This document shows positions 27,200-40,797 of a DNA stretch of 64,000 bases, in pieces (positions within the stretch are counted from its first letter, which is position 1; every line of letters starts with the position of its first letter). The DNA is from Hypanus sabinus. Its lineage: Eukaryota. The stretch is taken from contig NW_026781846.1 in assembly GCF_030144855.1 (NCBI RefSeq), positions 620,001 to 684,000 of the forward strand. Direction: 5' to 3'. Under the pieces are notes generated by a model that searched no databases, was not told the DNA's origin, and saw nothing but the letters and a program-made list of their open reading frames with translations. The position numbers were made by a program, and so were the translations under genes.

Positions 27200-30050
27200 T
27201 TTTTTTAAAATTATTTTATTGAATTTTCAAATAGGTTACAGTATAGAAAGAAATAATATCAGCCATCCCCCCACTTCCCCTTAACCCCACCTCCCTCACA
27301 TGTGTATGAAAAAGNNNNNNNNNNNNNNNNNNNNNNNNNNNNNNNNNNNNNNNNNNNNNNNNNNNNNNNNNNNNNNNNNNNNNNNNNNNNNNNNNNNNNN
27401 NNNNNNNNNNNNNNNNNNNNNNNNNNNNNNNNNNNNNNNNNNNNNNNNNNNNNNNNNNNNNNNNNNNNNNNNNNNNNNNNNNNNNNNNNNNNNNNNNNNN
27501 NNNNNNNNNNNNNNNNNNNNNNNNNNNNNNNNNNNNNNNNNNNNNNNNNNNNNNNNNNNNNNNNNNNNNNNNNNNNNNNNNNNNNNNNNNNNNNNNNNNN
27601 NNNNNNNNNNNNNNNNNNNNNNNNNNNNNNNNNNNNNNNNNNNNNNNNNNNNNNNNNNNNNNNNNNNNNNNNNNNNNNNNNNNNNNNNNNNNNNNNNNNN
27701 NNNNNNNNNNNNNNNNNNNNNNNNNNNNNNNNNNNNNNNNNNNNNNNNNNNNNNAAGATCCCCACATAGTAGTTTAAAATGGTTTTAATATATATTTATT
27801 TATTTCCCCAGAAAAACAATAATTTTGTCTTCGGAGCACCTATATATTTAATCCTATCTTTTGGAAATAAAGGCGCCAAATTTTCAGAAATATATATTTA
27901 TTTCTTAAATTATAAGTCTTTTTTTTAAGTGGAATGCAGCTGAATATTGCATTCTTCCAACCATCTATACTTCAGTATGAATCCGATTTCCAAGTAACTG
28001 CAATAGCCTTTTTGGCTACTGCCAATGCAGTTTTTATGGATTCTTTCTGATATTTGTTCAATTTTGGTTTCGGTTTTATCACTTCAATATCATCTAATAA
28101 TAATAATTTTGGATGATGTAGAAGTTGTGTTCCAATAATTTGTTCCAGTAAAATTAGTAAAACTCTAAAATTTGTCAAACATAGTGGAATTTTAAAACAA
28201 GACCAAGTAGAATGTAAAAAAAAGTACCAATTTCTTGATTACATCGGAAACATTGATCAGAAAAATTTCGGTTTAATCTATTTGTTTTTTTCGTGGTGTA
28301 ATATACAATTGATGTATAAAGTTATATTGTACTAATCTTAGTCAGACATTTGTTCTATTTGTCATACTGTCAAGTTGGTCTTGACCAACTTGATTCATCA
28401 ATTTTAATATTCAACTCTGTTTCCCATTTTTGTCTTGACTTATGAATTCCTTGTTTAATTGCCTGTTTTTGAATCAAACTATACATACAGGAAATATTTC
28501 TTTAAACTTTCTACTTTTTGAATTAAAGTTTCTATTTCATTCTGTTATGGCAATAACATTGTTTGGCCTAATTTATCTCTTAAATAAGCCCTTAATTGGA
28601 AATACAAAAATGTTATTTGATATTTTGTATTTATTCTTTAATTGATCAAATGAAATTAATATACCTCCTTCAAAACAGTGTCCTATATATCTATTCCCTT
28701 TTTCAAACCAGTTATATAAAAGTTGGTTATCCATTGTAAAGGAATGTTTATTTTGAATTAAAGTTCTTTTGCTAATAACGATTTCTTTATCTTATCATCA
28801 GCATTTATCGTATTCCATAAATCAATCAAATGTTTTAATACAGGAGATTCTTTCTTTTCCCTTATCCATTTAGATTCCCGTTTATATATAAAATCTACTG
28901 GTATATTTTCTCCTATCTTATCTAACTCTATTCTAATCCATGCCGGTTTATCTACATCAAAAAAAAGATCCAATTAATCTGTTGATTTGCTTTGTAATAA
29001 TTCTTAAAATTTGGTAATTGTAACCCTCCTAGGTCAAATTTCCATGTCAATTTTTCCAACGATATTCTTGACATCATACCTTTCCAAAGGAACTTCCTCA
29101 CACATTTATTTAACTCTTGAAAAAAATTCTGCGGTAATTTTATTGGTAGTATTTGGAATAAATATTGTAATCGAGGGAATACATTCATTTTCACAGCATT
29201 GAATCTACCTACTAATGTTATTGGTAACATCATCCATTTATCAAGATCTTCTTGATTTTTTTTTCAATAATGGCAAATAATTTAATTTATATAAAATTTT
29301 TACATCATTATCAACTCTTATACCTAAATACTTTATACCATTTGTCGGCCATATAAATTGAGTTATTAATCGACATTGACTATAACCTACTTTAGTAAGC
29401 GGTAGAATTTCGCTTGTATCCCAATTTATTTTGTATCCTGATATTTTCTCATATTCTTCCAATCTACAAGATAATTTACGCAACGAGTACAACGGGTTTC
29501 ATTAGATAAAGCAGAACATCGTCAGCAAATAAGTTAATCTTATATTCCTCCTGATTAACTCTGAAACCCATAATATCTGAGTCAGTTCTAATTAATTTAG
29601 CTAATGGTTCTATCGCCTGCACAAATAAAGCAGGTGATAATGGACAACCTTGTCGAGTTGACCTTGTTAACTGAAATGATGTTGAAATTTGGCTATTTGT
29701 CACTACGTTAGCTTCGGGATGAGTATTTAAGTTTTTAATCCATTTTATAAAAGATACTCTTCATCTATATTTTTCCAATACCTTAAATAAAAAGTCGCAT
29801 TCCAATCTATGAAATGCTTTTTCCGCATCCAAAGCAACTGCCACGTTCATTTCCTCCCTCTTTTGTGCCAAATGAATTATATAAAAATTAACCGAGTTAT
29901 ATTATTTGACGATTGTCTATTTTTGATAAATCCTGTTTGATCCATATGTATTAATTTTGGTGAGTATTTAGATAATCTATTAGATAAAATCCTTGCTATC
30001 ATTCTATAGTCCGTGTTCAACAAAGAAATATGTCTATATGATTTTGGCTT
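27200..30050 (-). mobile_element. L1-clade LINE ORF2, 5'-truncated and degraded, with poly(A) end
   Basis: YRHISLLNTDYR, DQTGFI, LDAEKAF, RQGCPLSPALF, LFADD, IKYLGI and GGLQLPN motifs; AATAAA and an A-rich tail at ~27200-27220 (minus). Confidence 0.9.
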
Positions 30051-30138
30051 TAAACAGCAACATCCATACCAGCAGAGATTTGAACGGTGCAATCACACAG
30101 CATCCAAAGGAATCAATCCCGAACGTAGCCGTCACAAT

Positions 30139-30540
30139 TGTAACCCTCAGGCTCGTCCAGCTCGTGTTCGTCTAGTGGAATCAGCCTTTGACCCCGCCAA
30201 ACTGAGAAATCATTTGTGTGGATGCTGTGCAGTGTACCGCCCAGTTACAAACACACAACACAAAATACCAGACAGTGCACCATATGCCATTAAATAAGTA
30301 AACTTTATGAATCTTAATCTGAATACAGGGTTAGGGAGGAAAATAAAAAAAATAAGGCCCAATTCTGGGCAAAGTCAAAAGTGCATGCTGGAGCTCACTC
30401 AGTCGCCATTCTTCCACAATGTTCACCTCCGGGCGTTGTCGACCTTCCGACCCTCAGAGCCCAGTCCACTCCGTCCGGTAGTCTACCAGCTCTCTCCACA
30501 TGCGTCCTCCCTCTTCATCTCTCCTCAACAAAAGACAGCG
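30139..30540 (-). mobile_element. Solo-LTR-like fragment (family A)
   Basis: TGTAAC terminus at 30139; homologous to 1085-1575. Confidence 0.55.
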
Positions 30541-31041
30541 AAAAACATATTTACGGATTCACATGATAGAGTAGAGGGATAGGTAAATAGGGGTATAGAC
30601 TAAGAACAATGATTAGCTAGTCATCAATACTTTCACTGGGGCAAGTCAGAATGAAACCTTAACCAGCAACAGATGACGTACTAGCCATTGTTCTCTAAAG
30701 ATAGACAAAGCTTCATATCGGGAACTATCTGACCATGCAGAAGTATCTCGAGGCATAACTACATATGTGAAGAATAATGTAGGGGTTAGAATGTTCTGGA
30801 GAAAAGGGGAAAGTGTCCGCATAAAAGACTGATGGGCTATCATTGGATTAAGATAATTATAATTAACATCTACTTATATCTTAGCATGTGATTGAAATTA
30901 TTCTAATATTGTCTACACTTGTAATCGTGAGATTCCCTGCTACATGGTCAATGCAATAAATTGTGGAAATATTGTTTAATTCGGGAGCAATGTCTGGAGT
31001 GGCTCTTTGCGTGATCAATCAGTAACTTCCCCCATAGCAGG

Positions 31042-31044
<3 letters not shown>

Positions 31045-31071
<27 letters not shown>
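31045..31071. repeat. (TA)n microsatellite
   Basis: Direct observation. Confidence 0.95.
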
Positions 31072-31076
<5 letters not shown>

Positions 31077-31419
31077 CTGCCAACGTGCCATAAAGAGATA
31101 AAGCAATTCCTGAACTCAAAATCAGTCAAAAATCTGGTATCATCAAGGACATTAAAATAATTTCTGTATTCCCAATTGCAAAGCGGCTGAATCGATGTAG
31201 TGAATTCAAGAAATAAAATATTAATTCGGGAAGACTTTGGAGCCGGACGAAGTGTAGAATACGCTGGTGAATCTTCATCATGTCTAAAAATCTGTAAATA
31301 CCGCTGCTTAAGGACGCTCAGGTTTATCGTGCATCGCACTTTAATAAACCCCCTAAAAAAAAATGCAGATCCACTGAGAGAGCCATACGGCCTGCGGATA
31401 TATGTCCCACTGCAGACAT

Positions 31420-31421
<2 letters not shown>

Positions 31422-31484
<63 letters not shown>
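31422..31484. repeat. (CA)n microsatellite
   Basis: Direct observation. Confidence 0.95.
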
Positions 31485-31486
<2 letters not shown>

Positions 31487-31499
31487 AGATATATAGATA

Positions 31500-32115
31500 T
31501 ATAGCTAGAGATACACTAAGGTCAATGTAGTGCAAAAACAGAAGTAATAAAAGGGAGTTAATTTTAATTGGTTAAATGTCTATTGAAGAATCGGAATTCA
31601 GAGCGAATGTAACTGCACCTGGATCGCTGCATGTGTACGTTCAGGCTGCACTTCCCTCCTGACAGTAGCAATGAGAAGCGGGCATGTCCTGAGTGATGGA
31701 GTGATCGGGGAGGGGGGGGAGTCGGATGGTCCTCAGTTACAGTCTTCGCCTTTCTGAGGCATCCCTCCTTGAAGATATCTGGGACACCACGGAAGCCAAT
31801 AGGCAAGATGGAGCTGAAAAATGTTGCAATTTTTCTGTAGTTTCCTTTGATCCTGTACAATAGTGCCCCAGCCCCGTACCAGACAATGATGCAGCCTGTC
31901 AAGATGATAGCCATGGTACATCTGTAGAAGCTTTCGAGTGTTTTAGGTGACAAACCAAACACAGCCGATGTCTTGTTTTATTTAAACTGCATCTATATGA
32001 TGCAGTCAGGTCTACTGGGTGAGGATACTGGCTGCAGAGCAGTAGGCTAAGCACACATCCCTGACGTGCGCCAACGTTGATGGTCACCGTAGAGGAGACA
32101 TTATCAAGATTCCGC
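31500..32115 (-). mobile_element. Rex1/Babar-like LINE RT fragment
   Basis: GARQGCVLSLLL and FYRCT..ILTGCIIVWYG motifs. Confidence 0.75.
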
Positions 32116-32125
32116 ACAGAATATA

Positions 32126-33030
32126 CAAACCCCATTTCCAGAAAAGTTGGAATGTTTTCCAAAATGCAATAAAAACAAAAATCTGTGATATGTTAATTCA
32201 CGTGAACCTTTATTTAACTGACAAAAGTACAGAGAAAAGATTTTCAACAGTTTTACTGACCAACTTAATTGTATTTTGTAAATAGACAAAAAATTTAGAA
32301 TTTGATGGCTGCAACACACTCAACAAACGTTCGCAATTCGCAATTTGCAATTGAAATTTTGTCCATTCTTGCTTGATATATGACTTCAGCTGCTCAACAG
32401 TCCGTGGTCTCTGTTGTCTGATTCTCCTCTTCATGATGCACCATACATTTTCAATTGGAGATAGATGTGGACTGGCAGCAGGCCAGTCAAGCACACGCAC
32501 TCTTTGTCGACAAAGCTACGCTGTTGTACCCCGTCCAAAATATGGTCTGGCATTGTCCTGCTGAATAAGCATGTACGTCCTGGGAAGAGACGCCGCCTTG
32601 ATGGCAACATATGTCTCTCTAAAATCTATACGCCTCAGAGTCAATGGTACCTTCACAAGCATTCATCTCACCCATGCCATGGGCACTGATGCACCCCCAT
32701 ACCATCACAGATGCTGGCTTTTGCACCTTTCGCTGATAACAATCAGGATTGTCGTTTTCATCTTTGGCACGGAGAACTCGACGCCCATTTTTTTCCGAAA
32801 ACTAGCTGAAATGTGGACTCATCTGACCACAGCACATTGTTCTACAGTCTTTTCGTCCATCTGAGATGAGCTCGGGCCCAAAGAACTTGTCGGCGTTTCT
32901 GCATGGCTTCCTCCTTGCGTAATGCAGTTTCAAGTTGCATTTCTGGACGGACTGTGTTATGTGACAATGGTTTTCCGAAGTACTCCTGAGCCCAGGTGGC
33001 TATAATTGTCACAGCAGCATGACGGTTTCT
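32126..33030 (-). mobile_element. Tc1/mariner DNA transposon, 3' half with one TIR
   Basis: TA|CAAACCCCATTTCCAGAAAAGTTGG terminus; transposase remnants WPAASPHLSPIENVW...LKSYIKQEW and LWARAHLRWT. Confidence 0.88.
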
Positions 33031-34789
33031 CGTAGGCACACACTCATCCTCCGATGTTTAAATTAAGTTAGTGATAAAGCGGTGTTCTCATTCAGATTCG
33101 AAGATGAATCCCTGAATGCAGTCGAGTCCGCAGATTCAAACAGATCTTCTGAACTGCTTTCTTTGTACATATCTTCTTGGTTCCCACTGCTGTTGCAGCG
33201 GTCCTAAGTCTCTGACTACACTCAGGAAATAGAGGTTCTGTCGTGTGATCACACTTTCCAGCTCTCTTCATCTCAATGTAACTGCGGTTCAGTGTATTGT
33301 TCACACTGGTACTACACGTGATTGTTGATGACAACTTTTAGGTGAACTTTTCAAACTGGGCTGGTTACAATTCCCCAATAAGATGCCGATTCAAGTAATA
33401 TTGATGATTAGGCGAGTGAGAAGGGGGCTGTTGATTAGGAATGATGGACGGACCTACGACTAGATAGGTAGAAATTTCAAAGGCCTGAAGTAGATGTAAT
33501 CTGATTGGAGTACATGGTGCACCATGGATTGAAGGGAAAAAAAGTGGAGGGGGAACTGGTGCAACGAGTGCTTGGATGACGGCCGATACAAGAGTGTAGA
33601 TGGAAATTGACTATTTCATTTTTTATGGGGAGAACAGTGTCCATACTCGGACAAATTTGAGGAGCAGATGGGATTCTTGGGCAGCATCTAATAGCTGGGG
33701 TGATACACTATATAATCCTTCCGGGATTTATTTACGGATCAATATTCCTCGATTATGGAGCTGATCTTCAGTAGTTGAACAACCTCGGCAGTCGCTGTAA
33801 CAAATAATTTGTACAACGTGCCCCACTGCCAATTTGCGTTCACCACCCGTCATCCTGTCCTAGGGTTAATCCGTCGATCTCGCACCATTCTGATGGGAAA
33901 TGTATCAGCGATATAGATGAAGTAGGTTCTAGAATCAAGACATCGTCTCTTTATTCATTCCCATCGATGCTGACTGGCCTGCTGAGTTCCTACAGGGTTT
34001 TATGTGCGTTGCTTTGGATGAGTAAAGCACAGATTTCTCACAATATTGCTGTCAATGTGATGCAAATTTATCAAGTTCATGCATAGTGCACTGTCAATTC
34101 AAAATATCAGCATTATGATCTTTAAAATCGAATGGCATTCAGAAACGCAAATGGTGCATTTGCGGATTTCAGCTCATTATCCTGGACCTTGAAATCTAGC
34201 AGACAGATCCCGCACTGCAGTTTTCCCGTTATTCCAGACGTTCCGTTGTCGTGTCTGTCGTTGGGAGCTGCGTACCACCGAGATTGGAAAACGCTGCGGT
34301 CGCAGAGATCGCGAGGTGGAATACAATTTGGTGGTTATGTGAAACTGGCAAAAGTGGGGCAAGTGAGGGGTGAGGGTGGTCAGAAGCAGGAATAGTGGTG
34401 GAGAATTTTGACTGACAGTGTGTGGAGTGTTGTGCGACACCATCAGAAGTTAAACAGGTAAACAATTGAGTAAGCGGCGGATGGCCCGATGTAATATTAC
34501 TGCTTTTATTTCTGTATATACATATAAATGTGTGCGCTGGTGACCCTTTGTCGTTTCCCACTTTGTCGGTCATGCTGGCAGTTATTCAAGTATTTTATGT
34601 GTTTATATAAGTGCAAATCTGTATATAATTAAGGTGCAAATTTACCCAGAAGTGGCTCTGCGTGATTCTATATTTGCGCGGTCAGAGAGTGACAGTATTT
34701 AATGACTATGTAAACGTGAGAGATACGGAATGTGATTGAAGGTACGTGTGTCAGATAAGGTGCAATTGTGAGATGAGGAATATGGATTC

Positions 34790-35450
34790 TTCAAAGTTCA
34801 AATATTCACAGAAAAATCTTTAATTAGAGTACACACATGTCACCACATACAACCATGATATTATTATTTTTTCCTATGTGCACACTTGGCTGACCTATGG
34901 AACAGCAATAGTAAACAGGATCAATGGGCAACAAACATTTGTAAATGCAGATATAAATAAATCTCAATAAACCCTAAGCATGAAATAAAAAGGGTGTATT
35001 TAAATGAATGTCGTTATCCCATTTTGTTCAAGAACCTGATGGTTAACCGGTATCTGGTGCTCTTGAGCCTGGTGGCGCGAGTCCAGAAGCTCTTGTACCA
35101 TCTACCTGATGGCAACAGCGAGGAAAGAGAACGACCTGGGTGATGAGAATCACCAATGATAGACGCTGCTATCCTACGGCAACGTTTTATTGAGGTGTTA
35201 TCGAAGGTTGAGAGGTATACTCGACCGAATCATCCCCCCCACCCGCGTCGGATTTTCCTCTCAATGGCATTTCTGTACCCACACCAGACCGTAATGCAGT
35301 CAATCAAAACACTCCAGAGTCCTCTGTCGTTTGCCAATATTTTTGATTACATGACAAATCTCCGCAGACCTATGAGGAAGCAAAGGCGACGCCGCGCCTC
35401 TTTGCTACCATGCCTGTATGATAGGTCCCGGACAGGTCTTCTGGCAGGAT
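34790..35450 (-). mobile_element. Rex1/Babar-like LINE 3' end
   Basis: TTCAAAG-type tail; FSLLPSGR..R-like C-terminus on the minus strand. Confidence 0.6.
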
Positions 35451-37114
35451 TTTAAGGTTTATTTGCGAGTAAAGTAGAGGATTTGAGATTGGATATGTGA
35501 CAGGTTGCGTGTATGGAGGTAACACGGAGAAGGTATGCCTGCTTGGGTAATTGAGTGTTCATTAAACACAGATGAAGGTGCAGGAGAAATGGATTATGTG
35601 TGCATGAAAGCTGGAAAGGGGACTGCAAAGCGTGGTAAAATATTGTATCTGTTAATAGATGAAAAACTTATGAATTTACGCCCCGCTCCCTAATCAATAA
35701 ATTCAATACAACGAATTTTGCACTGGTGTGAGGAAAGAGTTATATTTGAATCCTCTTTGCCATATGCTAAGACATGTAACAAAAAACGTCGATCTTTGTT
35801 AGACTTTTTTCAGTCTATACAGTGGGAATGTTTTGCGAGAGTTCAGCAAAGACCATTGCACAGTGATGTTTTACAACTCAGCGTGAGTACTTTTATAGAC
35901 TGTAGATGTCCATAGACGCACTTACCCGATGCTAGTTACGGAAATCATGATTTATTCCATATGGACATTTTGTCCTGTTTCTAAGTCTTGTCTCAGGTAC
36001 AACGTTTCCAAGAGATAAGATGGCACAGACTCTGATGGGATAATAAATAACTCCCGGGAAACTAGTAAAACGAAGGCTCATGAAGTCGGAAACAGGAAAG
36101 AAACATGACNNNNNNNNNNNNNNNNNNNNNNNNNNNNNNNNNNNNNNNNNNNNNNNNNNNNNNNNNNNNNNNNNNNNNNNNNNNNNNNNNNNNNNNNNNN
36201 NNNNNNNNNNNNNNNNNNNNNNNNNNNNNNNNNNNNNNNNNNNNNNNNNNNNNNNNNNNNNNNNNNNNNNNNNNNNNNNNNNNNNNNNNNNNNNNNNNAT
36301 TCTAATGTAACTCCTTCTCTCCTGCGGTAATCACCCCTTTCGAACTTGTCCACCAGTTACATCGCAACTTATTCCACTCCTGTGGTTTTGCACTGTCCTT
36401 CCTGACCGTCTCATTAAACAATCCCTCTGCTTGCTTACCTACTGCCCAATCCTCCGACCGATCAGTCAATTACCCGTACCCCTCTGATATTCACCTGTAA
36501 TCCTGATACCTCGAAGCGAGCAGACTATCTCAGTGTCTCGAATGCAACCACAGAATCTCATGTCCACTTCTCTTACTAACTAATTCCCGATCGCAACTAC
36601 CGTCCCCTTCTCTCCTACCCCTTCCCCGTCCCATCTGAGCAATCGTGTCAGTTTCAGAGACATTGACCCGATCGCTGTGGCTACACTGCTAGCTCGTCCC
36701 TCCCCACAGTGCCCAAAGTGGTATACTGATTTCTGAGACTGATCCCGGTTGTAATCGGCACTGGCTGTTCATTTCTTACCAGCTCCTGACACTCACTGAG
36801 GTGTATGTCTCCTAAAACATTGTGGTGACCATCTCCTTGCAGCCCTTATCTTTCAACTCCTCAGTGTCCCTTATGACCCGACGATCATCGAGCTGCAATT
36901 CCAGTTTCTTAATGATTTCCATAAGGAAATGTCGCTCGGTACACCTGCTGAAGATGTCACTATCCGGGAGAAAATCACGGAATATCAATACCTCATAAAA
37001 AGAAAACACATCTGCACTGGGACCATCCGCACTATCAGAGGACGAATGAAGAATAAACTGATCAGATACTTGCTCGACAAAGCTTGTTCTCGGTGAAGCC
37101 GCTCCATTCTCGCT

Positions 37115-37830
37115 AGAAAATATCTGTAGATGCTGGAAATCCGAGCAACACACACACAAAATGCTGGAGAGGTCAGCAAATCAGGCAACATCTATACAAA
37201 ATAAAATTACTTGACGTTTCGGGCCAAAACCCTTCGGCAGGACTGCAGAAGAAAAGTTGAGGAGTAGATTTGATTGGTGCGGAGAAGGGAGAGAGAGACG
37301 CCAGGCGATAGGTGAAACTCGGATGAAGCAAAGAGCTGTGATTTGATTGGTGAAAGGGACAGAAGACCATGGAAAAAATAAAAGAAAAAGATGGGTGAAC
37401 GAGGAGCACGAGAGGGAGTGAATGGGCGGTCAAGGAGATAACATAAGTGAGGGGCAAGGGCATGGAAAATGGTGAAGTGGGAGTTTGAAAAATCGACACT
37501 CAGCTCGGAGGCTACAAACCCAGAATATAAGATGTTGTTCCTCCAGCCGAAGTGTGACGTAATCCCGGCAGTTGAGGAGACTATGGATCGACAGATCGGA
37601 CTAGGAATGAGAAGTAGAATTCATTTGGGTGATCCCGCTGGATCCGGCGGACAGATCATAGGTGCTCGGTGAACTGGTCTCGCCGTTTTACAGGAGGTCA
37701 CACCGGGAGCACCGTACAGAGTGTCGCCTGATCTGAAAGGACAGTTTGGGGCCCTAATTGGTAGGGCTAGCTGTAGCACTTGTTTTGCTTACAATGATAA
37801 GTGCCGGGAGGGAGATCAGTGCTGCAGAAA
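37115..37830 (-). mobile_element. Penelope-like element 3' fragment (GIY-YIG C-terminus and tail)
   Basis: RLEEQHLIFWVCSL-like remnant; tail GCAGATGCTGGAAATCC..AGCAACACAC shared with 42035, 49560 and 58800. Confidence 0.7.
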
Positions 37831-38319
37831 AACCCCACAAGAACGTGAGAGCAGCTTTAATCTTAATCACCCTCACGGTCCCGGGAGTATCCCCCTCTCT
37901 GAGTCCCAATTCAAATGTTCAGTTGAACAATAGCTGAAAGCTCTCGAAAGTTCCGTTCGTAAACGCACTCACAGGCCTCTGAATTGCCTCCTGTCTCGCT
38001 CCCGATTTGATTGGGCCATCGGAAAAGTAAACACGCATATATAACTCCATAGGAATCATGTCGGCCTCATGGAAACATCGTTGTGACAAAACCTCTGAGA
38101 TCAGAGCAGTTCATTTATTAAGGGTGGGAAATGGAACTGGAAAGAAATTTAGTGGCTGCAGCTGGAATTTAATTTCCTGTCCTCGCCATTTCTAAATCCT
38201 GGTACAGGAAGAGTATTTACGAAAAGGTAACAATGAAGAATCCCCGGCAATTTTTTTAATGCTCACCAGTACCCGTGAAGACTTTGGGGACGATACAAAT
38301 CTGACGGCGAGAGGCTGCG

Positions 38320-39070
38320 GGAGAGAGAGACGGGACAGAAAGTCGAGACGTGTAGGAGGGAGAGGCACTAGGGAAGCATGAAGCGAAGACGGTGAGAGAT
38401 CGAGTTGGAGAGAATAGAAGAAGAGTAGGACAATGGGCTGAGAGGGACGGGGAGAGAGAGATGCTGGAGACCGCGGCAGGGTCAATGAGAATGAGAGACG
38501 TGAGGAAGACGGGGAATGAAACTGGAAGAAAGAGACAGGGGAGAGAGAGACGGGTAGAGATATCGAGGAGAGTAGGAGGGAGAGAGACTAAGGGAGCATG
38601 AATGGCAGATTGAGAGATCGAAGGGGAGAGAATGGAATAGAGTGGGATAATGGGCTGAGAGGGACGGTGAGAGAGCGATGCTGTAGAGAGTGGTCGGGAG
38701 AATGAGGATCCAGGAGAGAGACGTGAGGAAGACGGGGAATGAAACTGGAAGAGAAGAGACACGGGAGAGAGAGACGGGGAGAGCGAGATTGTGGTGAGTG
38801 GAAATGGGGGAAGAGACTCTGAGCACAACGAGAGAGACGGGCGAGAGTGAGAGAGACTGGGGAGAGAGAGAGGGAAAGGGAGAGAGATTTTGAGCAGACA
38901 GGGAGACCAGGGGGAGAGATAATGGAGTAAAACTGAGAGAAAGAGAGAGTAGGAACGAAGAGAGTCTGTGTGGAGAGCGATCCAGAGGGGAGGGTGTAAG
39001 GGGCAGAGAACTTTGGGAGTGAGAGACCGTGGTTGGGGTCCCGGAAGATTGACTGTGGAAGAGAGGGAAA
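38320..39070. repeat. GA-rich low-complexity tract with a ~220-bp tandem duplication
   Basis: 38320-38540 resembles 38541-38764, sharing GAGAGACGTGAGGAAGACGGGGAATGAAACTGGAAG and AATGGGCTGAGAGGGACGG. Confidence 0.85.
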
Positions 39071-39883
39071 GGGAGATTGTTTTAGAGATTGGCGCTATCC
39101 TCCAGCTCACTGTGTGTGTGCTGACCATGATGACAAATTGTTACTGCATGTTTGCCTGAATGTGTGTCGGTCGCCTCATTGACTAAATCCCCGAAGGTTT
39201 TAACCGCCTTACTGCTCTTTGACCTAAAGTCTCCTCTTCCTTGTTATCCACGCGTATGAGAATATCGACATACCAACTTCCTAATATAATTCGTTCTGAC
39301 TGTTTCTCTCTTACTCTCACTCGGCTGCTGTCCCTCACTTCGTTTCTCTGTTGCGTTCCCTCCCGGCGATTCCATCACCGCTCAATTGCTGACAGCTTTC
39401 ATAAAGGTAAGTGCCTTTACAGAATCGTGCAAGATGTTGTGAAGCCGTTTATCATCCGCTCTGGCAGCGGCTGTAGCAGTATCTGTATTCTTACCGTTCG
39501 GTGTTTTGTGTTCTAAAGCTCAGTTAAAGTGCTCTAGCTGGAAGACAGTAGAAGGTGGCAGAGGGAATGAGAACTTATAGGTAGAAAAGGAGGAGAGAAA
39601 TAGTGTGTACATGAAGACGGGTTAGGATCGGGGCATGAGTGTATAACACAGACGAAGTTATACTCAGGGATGAGGCAGTGTTGTCAAAATCGAAAAGCAG
39701 GGGTAAAAGGCTCGCCTGAACTTTCATTTTAATAAGAGAGGGAGTATTTATGCAAATGAAATTTCTATGGATAAGAATAAACAACGGCCGACACTATTCA
39801 TTGGGATTCTGAGTTTGTATGTGGTGTTTTTGGTCTCCGAGGATCTAAGAGATTTTCTCATGTTTACTTTGTATTTCTGTTCA

Positions 39884-40797
39884 TCACATTGTTTGTTTTC
39901 TAAATCTCTTCATAAAAATCCGATTCAACGGGTATTTCACTGCATTCTTCAGTTCCTCTCTGAATTTGCTCTGAGTCAGTCCGCAAATACAAGTGTTGGT
40001 GCAGGAACGGAGAACCTGCAGCATCGCGGAAATCTCTTCTGCGATGTAACAGGGGTCCGGGACAGAATAAACATATCTCATTGAAATTAGTTGATAGACA
40101 TAAAATACCACTTGTGTTCCCCACAACAATATGAAACTACAGGATATGGTGAAGAGCAAAATGATGGATTTGCGTCGGTTCTCCATCTCCCAGTCCCTGT
40201 CAGTCTCTCCACTCTTTTGTGCCCGGAGCCCCTTACGGGCTCGAGTGACTGCTAGAATCCGCCTGACAGTTAGTATATTGAACAGCAAAATCAGAAATAA
40301 TGGGGCACAAGGGGTGAAAATGCGGTGAAAAAATTCAAATACGGCCCATGCCGGAGAGTTTCCGAAACTCGATGTAAGAGCACAATACCAGGGAACACTA
40401 TCGACTGGTACGACAGGCTCGTATATAAAGTACCAGGGGACACTCTCCAAGCAGGTCAGCACACTCACTGTCCCGATAACCACGGCCGCCGTTGTCTCGG
40501 TGCAATATTTTGTTTTCAGCTTCTCACAGCAAATAGCCACAAATCGATCGACGGTGAAAGCGACAGTCAGCCAGACGGAGGTCGTAGTGCTCGCAAATAC
40601 CAGCCATCCACCGAGACTACACACAGGAGTGATGAAAAGGAATGATCGGGGAAAATAAAACGATGCAGTCCACCCCAGCAGCGGATCCGAGATAACAACC
40701 AGGAGATCGGCCGTTGCCATTCCCATCATGTATCGAGTGACACATTTGGAGAGACCGCACTTTCCCCGGAGCAAGATCACAATCGCCACCAAGTTCG
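39884..40797 (-). CDS. GPR139/GPR142-like class A GPCR, exon 2 (spliced protein 327 aa, intact)
   Basis: Acceptor CTCTCTCATGCAG| then an open frame NLVAIVILLRGKCGLSKCVTRY...ATADLLV...TVDRFVAICC...ENRRKSIILLF...CTNTCICGLTQSKFREEL to TGA. These are GPR139-like family motifs. Confidence 0.9.

Noticed and set aside
33092-33334. Possible hAT transposase C-terminal remnant
   Set aside because: Resemblance too weak to support without a profile search.
38256-39128. 290-aa Ser/Leu/Pro-rich ORF
   Set aside because: Translation of the low-complexity CT-rich strand.
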